This document shows, one piece after another, positions 24,140-35,635 of a DNA stretch of 64,000 bases (the first letter of the stretch is position 1; the number at the start of each line of letters is the position of its first letter). The notes below the pieces were generated by a model. The model was not told where the DNA came from. It saw only the letters and a list, made by a program, of their open reading frames with translations, and searched no databases. Origin of the DNA: Blepharisma stoltei ATCC 30299 (lineage: Eukaryota > Protista > Ciliophora). Location: NCBI GenBank assembly GCA_965603825.1, contig CBFDEM010000056.1, forward strand, positions 744,001 through 808,000, in the 5' to 3' direction. Both the position numbers and the translations under genes were made by a program.

Positions 24140-25825
24140 TTAATCTAATTTTTCTCTGATATTTGCTTCTAATTGACTCATAACATTAAGACAAAGCTCG
24201 TCTTGATAAGGGGAAGCAGCAATTTGCACACAAATAGGCAGCCCCTTACTTTTCTGCATATTTGTATTCATAACCTTTGTCCAGGACTCCTCAGTCTCTG
24301 GGTAAGATTGCTCATCTTCAGATATAATACCTATAGGTACATTGCCTACTGGGCACTCTAATATACTAAATAGAGTAACATAAGCAAACCCCAGCTCTAA
24401 TTTCTGATTTGACCCATGAATCATTGCTGGCACTGGATAAGGAGCAATTATGGCATCAATTTCTAAATCAGCCCATTTCTTTAAAAAATCATTTCTGAGT
24501 TGCGTTGTTTTCTTCAGATGCTTTACAAATTCATAAGAATTGGTAACTGATGTTGCATCAGAATATATTGAGTACTTATCTTTTATTCCAAAGGAGCAAG
24601 AAGCTTTCAAGGGATTATCTAAATTATCGACAAAAAGTTCGCACTCAGGCTCATTTCAGTATGAATATCTTCTAGAGTTCATTGTTTGGGCTATTATAGA
24701 AAAATTTACATCTTCTAAGCTTGGTGGCTGAATTTTAACTATTTCATGGCCTAATTTTCGCAAGGTTTCTTTGGCTACCTCAACAGCTCTAGCCATACAT
24801 GCAGGCAAAGGCCAGTATTCATCGCTATCAATATATCCAATTTTTAATTTTCTTTGGTCCCTATACTTCTCTTCATTTCAAGGCAGTGGAGGTATTGACA
24901 AATCTCTTTGATGCATATATTTATCACAAATTGCTTCCATATAAACCACACAGTCATCAACAACTTTGCCTATAGCTCCAAAAGAAACATTAAGGCATGG
25001 AAATCCGACAGTATACCCAAAAGGGCTAACTGCTGAAATTCTTTTAGGCGTAGCTCTAAATCCAGCTAATCCACAAAATGATGCTGGTACTCTTATGCTC
25101 CCAACTAAATCGTCACCAATTCCTAGAGCTGAGCAGCCTAAGGATACTAATGCAGCTACTCCTCCACTTGATCCACCTGGAGTGCGGTCAATATATTGAG
25201 GATGAAGTCCTCTTTTTGTAAAATTATTGAAAAGCTCATATGACTTTAATCCTTGAGGGACTGCAGCTAATGCATAAATAATAGCCCCTTGGCTTCTTAG
25301 AGCTTCTACATGTAAAGCATCTTCATTTTGAATATTTTTGTAGTGTTTTACCCAACCGCATGTATTTATCATTCCTTTAACTGAGAAATTGTCTTTTGAT
25401 ACGATAGGGATACCATGCAAAATCCCACGTTTATGGCCTTGCTTTAATTCTTCATCAAGAGTTCTAGCTTCTTTTAAAGCTTCTTCCACTTTAACATCGC
25501 TAATGAGGTTTCTAATTAGAGCATCCTTTGCAAGAATTTTTAGATAAGCTAGCAAAATCTGCTCTGAAGTGAAATCACCTTTGTCTAGACCTTCTCGAAG
25601 CTCGCTTAGGGTAGAAGAAGCTATTTTTACCTGAAGCTCTTTTGGAACTTCAGGGAGTAGCTGTCCTTGAATATGCCATTTAAGCTCTTTGATTCTTCTT
25701 TTAGCTTTTGATCTCACTCTGCGCTTTCTTTGTTGATTTCTTCCATCGATAGTTAAGATTGTAATAAATGCTCCGATGGCTGCAAAAGCTAGTTTTGAAT
25801 AAAGAATTTCAATTCATTCGTGCAT
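24140..25825 (-). CDS. Amidase-signature enzyme (FAAH-like) with N-terminal anchor, 561 aa
   Basis: LHGIPIVSKD, TPGGSSGG, GDDLVGSIRVPASFCG, GLPICVQI. Three TGA=W codons; ATG at 25823-25825. Confidence 0.9.
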
Positions 25826-26261
25826 GACTGCTAATAAATAAATAAATTTAATGAAGGAACTATATTATATTTTTCATTATTGGCTTGTTAGACTGGCATG
25901 GTGCCATTAGAAATTTCCCAGGAAGAGTTTTTTCTTCTAATTTTGATTATGGGGATTTGTTTTACTGCCAAAATTTTATCTGTCTCTACCTGAAGCAAGA
26001 CCCTGAAAGGGGCAGTGTGGGACTTGGAGCCTTAGAAATGTAATTTTTGAAAAATCCTATCAATATGTTCAGCGGAAGTTATAATCTTTAGAGTCTCTTA
26101 TCAAATTAAAGGCTAGCGTTTTAAGTGATCAAGGCCACTCATCATAATAAATATGATACAGCTATTATCTAAATAAGTATTATTTGTTGCAAATATATTT
26201 TAAATTAATGATAAGTAAAAAGAATACTTAAATTTTTTTACTTTGTATTAAATTTTAAGGA

Positions 26262-27473
26262 TTATTCAATAGAGCATGACTCTTCTGTAATATAGAGTTT
26301 AGTATGCGTAGCCATTTGAATTCCATTAAAATCAGTTGCTAATGAAGCAGTGTACCCTCCCATAGTATCAAAAGCAATTTTATCTCCAATTTCAACGACT
26401 GGGAACTCGCATTCAGTAATTTTATCGTCTCCATCACAAGTAGGCCCATAAAATGCAGAATTATATTTTGGAGGATCTTCTAAACTCCCCAAATATATGG
26501 GAATGGCTTCATTATCTTCAGCTAAGGGTAGATGACAAAATGTTCCATTGATTCCATCAGAAATGACATAATCAATTTTCATTACTCCATCAAACACTCT
26601 TGTCCTCTTTCCTACAACAGTAAAACAGCTAGAAACTACTGAAGCAGAAAAATATTTCCCAGGCTCAGCAATAACTGTAATATTTTTCCCTCCAAAAAAT
26701 TCTTCAATACCATGATTTATATCATTTGCCGCGTCTTCAAAATATTTCTCGACAAATCCTCCTCCAACATCTAGCAATTTCATATCAAATCCATATTCCT
26801 CAGCTATTTTCCATACATCACTGGCTTTTTGGATTGCTTTATAATAAGCATTCGTATTTTTAACAGAATGGCCTACATAAAAGCTAACACCTACAATAGA
26901 AAGTCCAAGCTGGACTGCACATTCCAGAACTGTTCTATATTCGCTTTTTAAGACGCCAAATCTTTTATTATATTGAGCATTAGCTTCTTCATCGCCTCCA
27001 GCAATCCTAAGCACCAATTTTAAGTCTCTAAGCCCAAAATTCGCAATTTTTTGTAGCTCTTCTACACAATCAAAAGTGGTGTATTTGACTCCTAGGCTAG
27101 AAATAGCTCTTAGTTCAGCTGGAGACTTAAATGTTTGAGCACAGATAATGTCTGCCTCGAAATTTATGCTTGCGTGCTGTGCTGCTAATTCTAATTCTTT
27201 TCTGCTTGCACAGTCGAATCCTGCTCCTAAAGAGGCTAGCTTTGAAATGATTTCAGGGTCTGGATTTGATTTTACTGCATAATAAGGCCTGACTGATGGA
27301 AGTTTCTGATATCATCTGTCCAAAAGGAACTTTAATTTGGGCAAATTATAAAGAGCGACATTAGTTTCTGTGAATTCTCTATTTTGAAAAATATGATTGA
27401 AAAGGTCTTTGGTGGACGATTCATCATTTATTTTTAGCTTCCATCCATGATCGTCTTTAATAACCTTGTTCAT
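26262..27473 (-). CDS. Ornithine decarboxylase-like PLP enzyme, divergent, 403 aa
   Basis: W(TGA)YQKLPSVRPYYAVKSNP, GFDCAS, TTFD, DVGGGF, IAEPGKY, GPTCDG, MGGYT. ATG 27471-27473 is in frame with ORF 26262-27017. Confidence 0.88.
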
Positions 27474-28030
27474 TTTATTTCAATATTGTTTCCACAACTA
27501 TCATTTATCTCACCTAATTTATTTGCAATAATGGATTGTTATATTAATTAAATTATGGCTTTTTAGAATTTTTAATCATAAATTATATATAAAATTCTTA
27601 TAATTTTTTGTTTTCCAAATATAGTTTAAATAATCAGTTTAACTATCGTTTTGCTCAATTCAGCTCTTTTCAAAATTGAATAGTTAAGGAATTTTTTTGC
27701 ATTTTAAATAGTAAAAAAGATATAATTCCAGAATCTGAAAAAAGTTACACTTCAACAGGATTAAAGTATAGCCAAAAAAAACAACAGCAAAATAAACCTG
27801 TATTATATTCAAGAGATCTTAGTTGTTTTTATGGGGTAATTGCTATAAAAAATTATTTGAAACAGCAAAAAGAAATATATTATTTTAGGTTTTTAGAATC
27901 TACTACACAACAATATTTTGGATAAATCAAACATAATAATATTTATCAAAGGTAAGATTGCCAGTGTTTTTTGCCTTATTCTCCATTTTAATGCAGAAAT
28001 TTGCCAAATTTATTTAGGCTAATAATAAAA

Positions 28031-31000
28031 ATGCTGCAGCTTCTTGCAATTTCGGTTTTCTTCTTTGCTTTCCGATCCAAAGCTACTTTTTCAGAAGAGA
28101 CTCAAGATAATTCGCAAAATAATGAAGATCTTTTGCATTCTGTGGTCAAAACCTTACTTACTAACGGCCCTATTTCCAATATCACCCAAAGTGAAGAACT
28201 TTTCTATAATACTCCAAGGGAACTTCTAGGTTCATGCGGGCAAGGATTATACAATGCTTCAGGGACATGCAATCACTGCGGCGCATTATGCTTGTCCTGT
28301 GCTGACGCTACTGGAATATGCAACGCATGTAATGACCCATTCAAAATGACGCTGAACCAAACCGACAACTCTTTATCCTGTCAATGCATTGGAAATCAAA
28401 TCCTAAACCAAACTAACTGCACTTGTCCAGAATCTACTTTCTTTAATGGGACATTTTGTGACCATTGCAACCAAACTTGTGGAGACTGCAATAACCCTCA
28501 CAACTGTACTAAATGTAGAGACCCAATAATGGTATTAACAGTAAAAGGAGACTGTGTTTGTCCAAGCAATGCCTTTATGAACTCAACTTTTCAGTGCCAG
28601 CTATGTCCAAACGGAACAGTCTTTAATGGGACTGAATGCACTCCGTGCAATAAATGTGACGAATGCATAGACCCAAAGATGAATAAAACTCAGGATGGCT
28701 TTTGTGTCTGCCCTGAAAATACATTTTTAAGCCCAGAAGGACACTGTGAAAGATGTGGAGAACTGTGCCATTCTTGTATTGATGCTACTCATTGCTTAGA
28801 ATGTGTTGGAGGCTCGATATTAAATAGCACAGCTAACTCAACTGTTTGTCATTGCCCTGATCAAACATTTTCGAATGGAACTGATTGTGCGCCTTGTAAA
28901 AACTGCACTGGGTGTTCTGACCCTATGATGGTTTTGACTCTTGATGGAAGTTGCATTTGTCCAAATGGTACTTTTCTTAACGCAGCAGGACATTGTGACA
29001 AATGTGGACCATTATGTGATTCTTGCACAAGCCCTAATCATTGCTTACATTGTGCAGGAAATTCCACCCTTAGCCAAAACTCCACTTCTGCTGTGTGTCT
29101 TTGTCCAAATGGAACTTATAACGATGGATTCAACTGCTGGTCTTGTGATGGATTTTGTGGCCACTGCTCTGATGATATAACTTGCCTAAACTGCTCTCAT
29201 CCCCATATGTTTGTAAATGAATTTAATGTTTGCCAATGCTTAGAAGGCTTCTTTTGGAACGAAACAGATTGCCAACCTTGTGGCAGGAACTGTAAAAGCT
29301 GCACAAATGCAACCACATGCAATGAATGCATGGACAAGTCAATGGATATTCTTTCTGATCACCCAGGCTCATGCTCTTGTGGGCTTTCTACTTATGATAA
29401 CGGCACTGACTGTATCCATTGTGGACACTTATGTGGCAATTGCACAAATACGACTGTATGTTTGTCATGCATTGACCCAGACACTATGAGTTTCAATCAA
29501 TCCAACCCTGGCTCTTGCATGTGCAACTCCTCAATGGCAGACAACGGCACCTCATGTGAATTCTGTCCTGCTGGAACTTATTTAATTAATAATACCTGCA
29601 AAATCTGTCAAGATAACAGCTGCGAAGTCTGTTCAGGATCTGAGACAAGCCAATGCACAAAATGTTTCAGCACCCATATACTTAAGAATAATGTGTGCAC
29701 ACAATGCCCTGTAGGTAACTTTTCAAGTGATGGAACTACATGCATTTCATGTGAAGACGCTGGCTGCAAAGTTTGCAATGGAACTGGAACTGGGCAATGC
29801 TTGCAATGTACTGAGCCACATAAGTTTATATTAAATGGAACTTGTCAAGACTGTCCTGATAATTCTTTTCCAAATCTTGATGGAAAAACGTGCGGGAGAT
29901 GCAATGATACTGACTGCAAAACCTGCCATGATGGAAGACCTGGCCAATGCACTGAATGTTTGACGTTAAATAACTCAATTGTTAACGGGACTTGTCACCC
30001 ATGCGCCCCAGGATTCTTTTCAAATGAAAACGGTTTTAATTGCACGAAATGCCAAGATACGAATTGCACTGCATGTGAGGGAGCTGGATCGAATACATGC
30101 ATGCTATGCAATAATCCTTATTTCCTCGATCAAAAGAACTGCACTTTATGTCCAAAAGGTCAATATTCAGATGGGCTGCAATGTCATACATGTGAGGATA
30201 CTAATTGTACCAAATGTGCAGGAAATGGTACAGAGACTTGCTTAGAATGTGAAGTCAATCTCTTTTTAGTCAAAGGCACATGCCAAACTTGCGCTCCAGG
30301 AAATTATTCCGCTGATGGTAAATGCACTCCATGTGGCCTCGGCTGCGACTTATGTGATAACAAATCAGTCTGCCACGACTGTTCTGATCCAGTTTTAATG
30401 ATAAATAACGGAAATGGAACTTGCTCATGCATAAAAGGCTACTTCATGGATGCCCTCGGCCACTGCAAGCCTTGTCCTGGATTATGCACGTCTTGTTCTT
30501 CTAACAGTACTTGTGATAGCTGTGTTCCTACAGCTAATTTGACTGCAAATGGAACATGTGCTTGCAGCGATGGCTCTGGTGTACAAGGAAACAGCACTTG
30601 CAGCCAATGTCCTAACCTCTGTGCCAAATGTTCAGACTCCAATACCTGCATAAGCTGCATAAAAAATTCTCAATTGAATGCAAACAACCAATGTGTTTGT
30701 TCTCAAGGTTTCTCCCAGCTAGGAAACGTCTGTGCAGCGGCCTGCAACAATCTCTGCACAAATTGTGACCATAATAATGGGAATAGCTGCACTTCATGTA
30801 TAGCAAATGCTGAATTACTCAAAAATACTTGTTCATGCACAGCCCATTCGGTTTATGACTCTACTTCAAATTCTTGCAAATGCAATGACGGGTTTACTTT
30901 AGTTAGCAGCAAATGTGTATTATGCAAGAACTATTTTGCTTCTTCAGATATTGTTGACGGTTATTTCAATGACCTTTTTACTAAAATTACCGTAGTTTTT

Positions 31001-34000
31001 GCTTCAGCTATAGATACCTCTTTAGATTCTTCCTGTTCTTTGACTGTAAATGCTACAAGTTTGCCGAAACTAGGAAGAAATCCACAGTGCTCATGGGATG
31101 GAAATTTCAATTTAGTCATCTCACTTGGAGACCGGTATACCTTAAGAAATGAGACACTCTTTTTAGATGGCACCTATATAGTCAAAAAGTTCGGGACTTG
31201 CAGTTACAACTATAACCCTCTCAGAATACCTGTTAAACTAGCAGCAAATCCTAATCCTGCAGCAATTATAACGGGCCCTCAATTCTTCTCACTAGCCTGT
31301 GGAGCACGAGACTTGATGTACTCTGGCGACCGTTCAACAGGCTCTCTTAACAACCAAATGAATTATACCTGGTCTGCTATCTCATCTCCATCAATTGCTG
31401 CACTAACAAAATATGTTTCCATGCAAAGTACTTCATCTATTACTATTCCAAGGAGCTATTTCAGCAGTTCTACCAATACAACTTTAAATGTTACCATGAC
31501 AATTTCCAACATATATAATTTGACCAACTCTTCTTCTATTGTAACTTTCGTTACTTCAACGCCTTCTCTAAGTGTCAATATTGATATAGGAAATTCTGAC
31601 TCTATGAAATCATCAGATTCTAGAGTGTATACTGCTTCTGTGAACTCCTTGTGTGATAATTCTACATCTTCTATTAGCTGGTCGTGGGTTTATAATCCTG
31701 CAAATGGAGCACCTACAATAGATTCAAGCTCTATTCTAAGCAAAGCTAAGCAGCCAAATAAGCTTGTAATAGAAAAAAACATGCTGCCAAGTGGGTATTC
31801 ATATTCGTTTACTGCTATTGCGGCAAGCACAAATGCGCAAGGACAAGCCATAACTGGAAATTCAACTATTTTAGTCAGCACTAGCGCATCAAATTTAATA
31901 GTCACTTTGAGCAGACCAGGGGGAAGCATCCCTCCAAACCAAGATTTAGTTATAAATGGCGACAAATCTTTTGATCCTGATGACAAGAATTCTGCATTAA
32001 ACTTTACTTGGAGCTGCAAATATACTTTAAACAGCACATCCTGCTTGGGAAAAGACAACAATGTCTTAGTTTCAGGCCAAACCACCTCTTCATTGCAAAT
32101 ACCAGCCCAAAGGCTTATTCCTGGAGCCAGCTATGACTTGACACTTCTGGTCAGCAAGGGTGCAAGAAATGCATCTGCTACTATAACAGTAGAGGTTTTA
32201 AATGCAAACACAGACACTTCAGTGTCAATTAGTATGTCATCAACTAAAATTACAGCTAGATATCAGTTTACAGCAGATGCCAATATTCAAGCGAACTCTT
32301 CATCTACTCTTGAATGGTCCTGTGCAAACCCTCCGCTTACCATCAGTCCTAATAATCTGTCTAAGCTAACTATCCCTGCAAATACATTAACCTCTGGCCA
32401 AACCTATCAATTCCAGCTGAAAATTACTGATCCTGCAGGAGTTCCTTATACAGTATACTACCCAGTTGAAGTGAACCAAGGAGCATCATGCACTGACTCT
32501 TTAAGTATAAGTCCATCTACAGGGACAGCTTTAGTTACAAGCTTTACAATGTCTATCTCAGGGTGTACAGATTTGGACGGTGAAGACTTACCACTTATGT
32601 ACGCTTACAATTTGAATCAGAATTCCATTAATTATATGCTTGCCAGTAACCAAGATAATAGCTATTCAACTTTCTTGATGCCTGGAAGCAATAATGTGAG
32701 TGTAACTGTATGTGATCAATATGATGACTGCTCAACATATTATCAAGTTATTCAAGTTGATAATTATACAGCTACTGCTGGAAGAAGATTAGATGATAGC
32801 GCACTTATTGACATATATTCACAAAATACTTTGAATTCTGATAACATTCCTTCTATGATTGCAATTATTTCGTCAGCTACCACGATTAATAGCACATTAT
32901 TTGAAAAAATGTGGAGTGATTTGCAAAGCTATATCAACTCACAGAACTCAATGAACAATAACATATTTATAGGTGTCATCTCTGCTATTCAAGCTTTAGC
33001 CACAAAGCAATCTCATATGAACTCTACTCTCTATGAGCAGCTCTTCACTCAGGCTAGCCAAATAATGACAAATAACTCATTGCCAGTCATTGTTGATGCT
33101 TCATCAATACTAAATATTTTAGTATCTATTAATGATGCCTATTTAAATTTAGCTAAAAATCTCACAACTTCTCAAAACAGCACCAACACTCCGTCAAGTC
33201 ACAATTTAAGAGCACTAAAGAGTTCTTCTCCTCTCAGCCAGAATTCTACAGCCAACGCTACGTATGAATCTTACCTTATTAACTCTAACAACTTCCTATC
33301 AAATTTCTCCGTCTATTGCACTCAAAATGATATGCCTGGGCAAAATTCGCTTCCTAACGCAACAGTCAGTAGCCAAACTTCTACCTATAAATCAAGATAC
33401 TTTGCTGGTGACTTAGCAAATCAGACCTTACAATATGGAGCTACAAATATCACGATGCCTTCAAGTTTGCCATTTAACTCAACTGATATTGTGAACTTAA
33501 GAGTTAATTTATATAATAGCACAGACGACTACTCAAGTGTACTAGATATAAGCTACGGTAAAAGTGGTAATTACTCAGATTTTGTGTATTCTCAGTATAA
33601 TGAGACTTATGCGTCGTTCAATAATGCCAACCATACAGTAAATGTTACAATTCCTTATAATAAAAATGCTACAAATGGGTGGGCCTGTGTCTATTATAAC
33701 GAAACAATTAGTACTTGGCTGACAAATGGATGCCAAATTGTCTCAGTCGAAAATGGATACGCGACGCTGACTTTAAGCCACTTTTCGATGTTCAAGCTTA
33801 CTGACTCTTCAACAGTTGTCGTTCCTCCAATATCTCCAGAATCTTTAGAAGATTCTTCATGTGGCACTAATTTAGCACCTGTTTATATACTAGTGGTAGG
33901 GCTTTTCTTAGCGCTTATTATTTGGCCAGCTCCAATCCTACTAGATGCATATTCTAAATCTAAAACTCGAGGAACCCAAAAAATTACTCCTCTAAGCGTA

Positions 34001-34708
34001 AGTCCAAAAGGAGAAATCAGCCAGACTGAAGAATACAAAAGCTGTGAAGAAGGGGCTAAAAATAAAATGGAAAATAGTACAGTTAATTTTTCAGGCATTG
34101 GGGATAGTATTTTAATTGATAGACAGCAAGATGTTGACCCTAATGGCAATAAACCAATAGAATTTGATCAAGACGCCTTTAAAAATACCCTAGACGAAAA
34201 GTCAAAATGGGAAACTCTTATAGAAGGCCACTTAACTGCTGGATTATTCATATATAAGAAAGGCCATGCAAGACTTTGGAGATTATTTACTTGGGAAGTC
34301 GTGATATTCTTTGAGCTGCTTCTTGAAGGACTTTTGTTCTCTGGGTTTGAAAGCACTGATAATGGAGTAGGAAAGGACTCACAGAGCTTATTTGATGATT
34401 ACAAGGGAACTTATTTCGGATATACTGTATTTGCAGTAGTAATTGCAATGCCAATAGAAATCTGTTTATCAATATGCTTGAGCTTTGATAGAAGCGCAAT
34501 GCCAAAAGTTTTCTACTCTGCGTTGGCTTTGGGGGCTATGGTAATTATGGGGTCTATTGCAGGAGTTTTTGCGTTGAGCTTCAAGTTTTGCAGCGAGTGG
34601 AGCGGATACTGGGCGATAAGCTTCTTGTGGGGGATTTTGCTTGAAGTTTTTGTGATGCAGACCATTTATATGGGTGGAAGGTATCTATTCCTCCACTTTT
34701 TTAAATAA
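28031..34708 (+). CDS. Large surface receptor: signal peptide, Cys-rich furin/EGF-like repeats, PKD/REJ region, GPS motif, multi-pass TM, 2225 aa
   Basis: About 900 aa of CxxC repeats; REJ-type SFDPD..FTWSC and PSTGTALVTSF..DLPLMY; GPS-like CVYYN..W..GC..HFSMF; several C-terminal hydrophobic helices. Confidence 0.85.
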   Translation: MLQLLAISVFFFAFRSKATFSEETQDNSQNNEDLLHSVVKTLLTNGPISNITQSEELFYNTPRELLGSCGQGLYNASGTCNHCGALCLSCADATGICNACNDPFKMTLNQTDNSLSCQCIGNQILNQTNCTCPESTFFNGTFCDHCNQTCGDCNNPHNCTKCRDPIMVLTVKGDCVCPSNAFMNSTFQCQLCPNGTVFNGTECTPCNKCDECIDPKMNKTQDGFCVCPENTFLSPEGHCERCGELCHSCIDATHCLECVGGSILNSTANSTVCHCPDQTFSNGTDCAPCKNCTGCSDPMMVLTLDGSCICPNGTFLNAAGHCDKCGPLCDSCTSPNHCLHCAGNSTLSQNSTSAVCLCPNGTYNDGFNCWSCDGFCGHCSDDITCLNCSHPHMFVNEFNVCQCLEGFFWNETDCQPCGRNCKSCTNATTCNECMDKSMDILSDHPGSCSCGLSTYDNGTDCIHCGHLCGNCTNTTVCLSCIDPDTMSFNQSNPGSCMCNSSMADNGTSCEFCPAGTYLINNTCKICQDNSCEVCSGSETSQCTKCFSTHILKNNVCTQCPVGNFSSDGTTCISCEDAGCKVCNGTGTGQCLQCTEPHKFILNGTCQDCPDNSFPNLDGKTCGRCNDTDCKTCHDGRPGQCTECLTLNNSIVNGTCHPCAPGFFSNENGFNCTKCQDTNCTACEGAGSNTCMLCNNPYFLDQKNCTLCPKGQYSDGLQCHTCEDTNCTKCAGNGTETCLECEVNLFLVKGTCQTCAPGNYSADGKCTPCGLGCDLCDNKSVCHDCSDPVLMINNGNGTCSCIKGYFMDALGHCKPCPGLCTSCSSNSTCDSCVPTANLTANGTCACSDGSGVQGNSTCSQCPNLCAKCSDSNTCISCIKNSQLNANNQCVCSQGFSQLGNVCAAACNNLCTNCDHNNGNSCTSCIANAELLKNTCSCTAHSVYDSTSNSCKCNDGFTLVSSKCVLCKNYFASSDIVDGYFNDLFTKITVVFASAIDTSLDSSCSLTVNATSLPKLGRNPQCSWDGNFNLVISLGDRYTLRNETLFLDGTYIVKKFGTCSYNYNPLRIPVKLAANPNPAAIITGPQFFSLACGARDLMYSGDRSTGSLNNQMNYTWSAISSPSIAALTKYVSMQSTSSITIPRSYFSSSTNTTLNVTMTISNIYNLTNSSSIVTFVTSTPSLSVNIDIGNSDSMKSSDSRVYTASVNSLCDNSTSSISWSWVYNPANGAPTIDSSSILSKAKQPNKLVIEKNMLPSGYSYSFTAIAASTNAQGQAITGNSTILVSTSASNLIVTLSRPGGSIPPNQDLVINGDKSFDPDDKNSALNFTWSCKYTLNSTSCLGKDNNVLVSGQTTSSLQIPAQRLIPGASYDLTLLVSKGARNASATITVEVLNANTDTSVSISMSSTKITARYQFTADANIQANSSSTLEWSCANPPLTISPNNLSKLTIPANTLTSGQTYQFQLKITDPAGVPYTVYYPVEVNQGASCTDSLSISPSTGTALVTSFTMSISGCTDLDGEDLPLMYAYNLNQNSINYMLASNQDNSYSTFLMPGSNNVSVTVCDQYDDCSTYYQVIQVDNYTATAGRRLDDSALIDIYSQNTLNSDNIPSMIAIISSATTINSTLFEKMWSDLQSYINSQNSMNNNIFIGVISAIQALATKQSHMNSTLYEQLFTQASQIMTNNSLPVIVDASSILNILVSINDAYLNLAKNLTTSQNSTNTPSSHNLRALKSSSPLSQNSTANATYESYLINSNNFLSNFSVYCTQNDMPGQNSLPNATVSSQTSTYKSRYFAGDLANQTLQYGATNITMPSSLPFNSTDIVNLRVNLYNSTDDYSSVLDISYGKSGNYSDFVYSQYNETYASFNNANHTVNVTIPYNKNATNGWACVYYNETISTWLTNGCQIVSVENGYATLTLSHFSMFKLTDSSTVVVPPISPESLEDSSCGTNLAPVYILVVGLFLALIIWPAPILLDAYSKSKTRGTQKITPLSVSPKGEISQTEEYKSCEEGAKNKMENSTVNFSGIGDSILIDRQQDVDPNGNKPIEFDQDAFKNTLDEKSKWETLIEGHLTAGLFIYKKGHARLWRLFTWEVVIFFELLLEGLLFSGFESTDNGVGKDSQSLFDDYKGTYFGYTVFAVVIAMPIEICLSICLSFDRSAMPKVFYSALALGAMVIMGSIAGVFALSFKFCSEWSGYWAISFLWGILLEVFVMQTIYMGGRYLFLHFFK

Positions 34709-34833
34709 GATAAAGCATTAGTTTGATAATAAGATTATAAAATAAAAACTTCTAATATTTTAATAGTATAGGTTTGATTCTGAGAAAATTCGCTTATAAG
34801 ATTATATTTTTTTGGCAAATTGTTTATGACTCA

Positions 34834-35490
34834 TTATAAATATTTTTTACCCTTTGGTTTCTTTTTTGCAACTCCCACATTTAGAGATCTCACCTTTTTA
34901 ATGATGAAAATCACTGCAAAGAATAAAAACACTCCTCCAATTACTCCTAAGTAGTAATTCGTTGTGCTTGAAACAATTTGAAATTGCGGCTGCGTCACAG
35001 GAGTCTCCATCGGCTCATTTATCATATAAGGTGATGGCGGAAGTTCATCAGGAGGCATACTATATTCTTTTTCAATTTTTTCAAGCAGTTCTACTTGGCT
35101 TGGAGTCAGGCCAATACTGGAGCTTTCATTTAAAAATTGTTCTCTGTCAACTTTTACGATTGATTTAATAAAAGGCTGATTTAAATCGATGATTTGGTCT
35201 GTGATTAACTCTTCAGCATCTTTTCAGGATATTTTTTGATTGCAGTTATAAAGGATATCGGCTAGAATTTTCTTTTTTGTGAGATCTGGGTCATGCTTTG
35301 TAGAGAAAAGAATGTCTTGAATTTCATTTGGCTCTTGTATCAATTTTGCACGACAAAGTAATAAGCATGCAATCCAGCGTGAGCGTTTTTGAGCTTGAGC
35401 GTTTTCTTCTATTCCATCAGGGAAATCATAAGGTCTTTTGATTTCTATGCTTAAAGCAAAAGTAATTAAAATAGCAATTACTAATTTCAT
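34834..35490 (-). CDS. Type I ER membrane protein (signal peptide, TM, KKxx), 218 aa
   Basis: MKLVIAILITFALS; TGA 35224 = W joins ORFs; C-terminal TM; ends KKYL. Confidence 0.75.
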
Positions 35491-35635
35491 TATATTAGAA
35501 CTCGAAAAAATTATAATAAGCAGCATGATTCTACTGTCTGTAACTTTTCACTTATATAGTGAATTTCTTATTAATATCAGTTTATCAGAGATTTCGTCTT
35601 CTTTAACTTTCACTAATCATCCATTATAAATTGCA

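Noticed and set aside
28001-28030. TTG/GTG starts used by the ORF track (also 1747, 37630, 47112, 51502, 61903)
   Set aside because: Eukaryotic genes; a downstream in-frame ATG in A-rich context is the more plausible start.
28250-30930. Cys-rich region as a DNA tandem repeat or CRISPR-like array
   Set aside because: Periodicity is at the protein level only; no identical nucleotide repeats.
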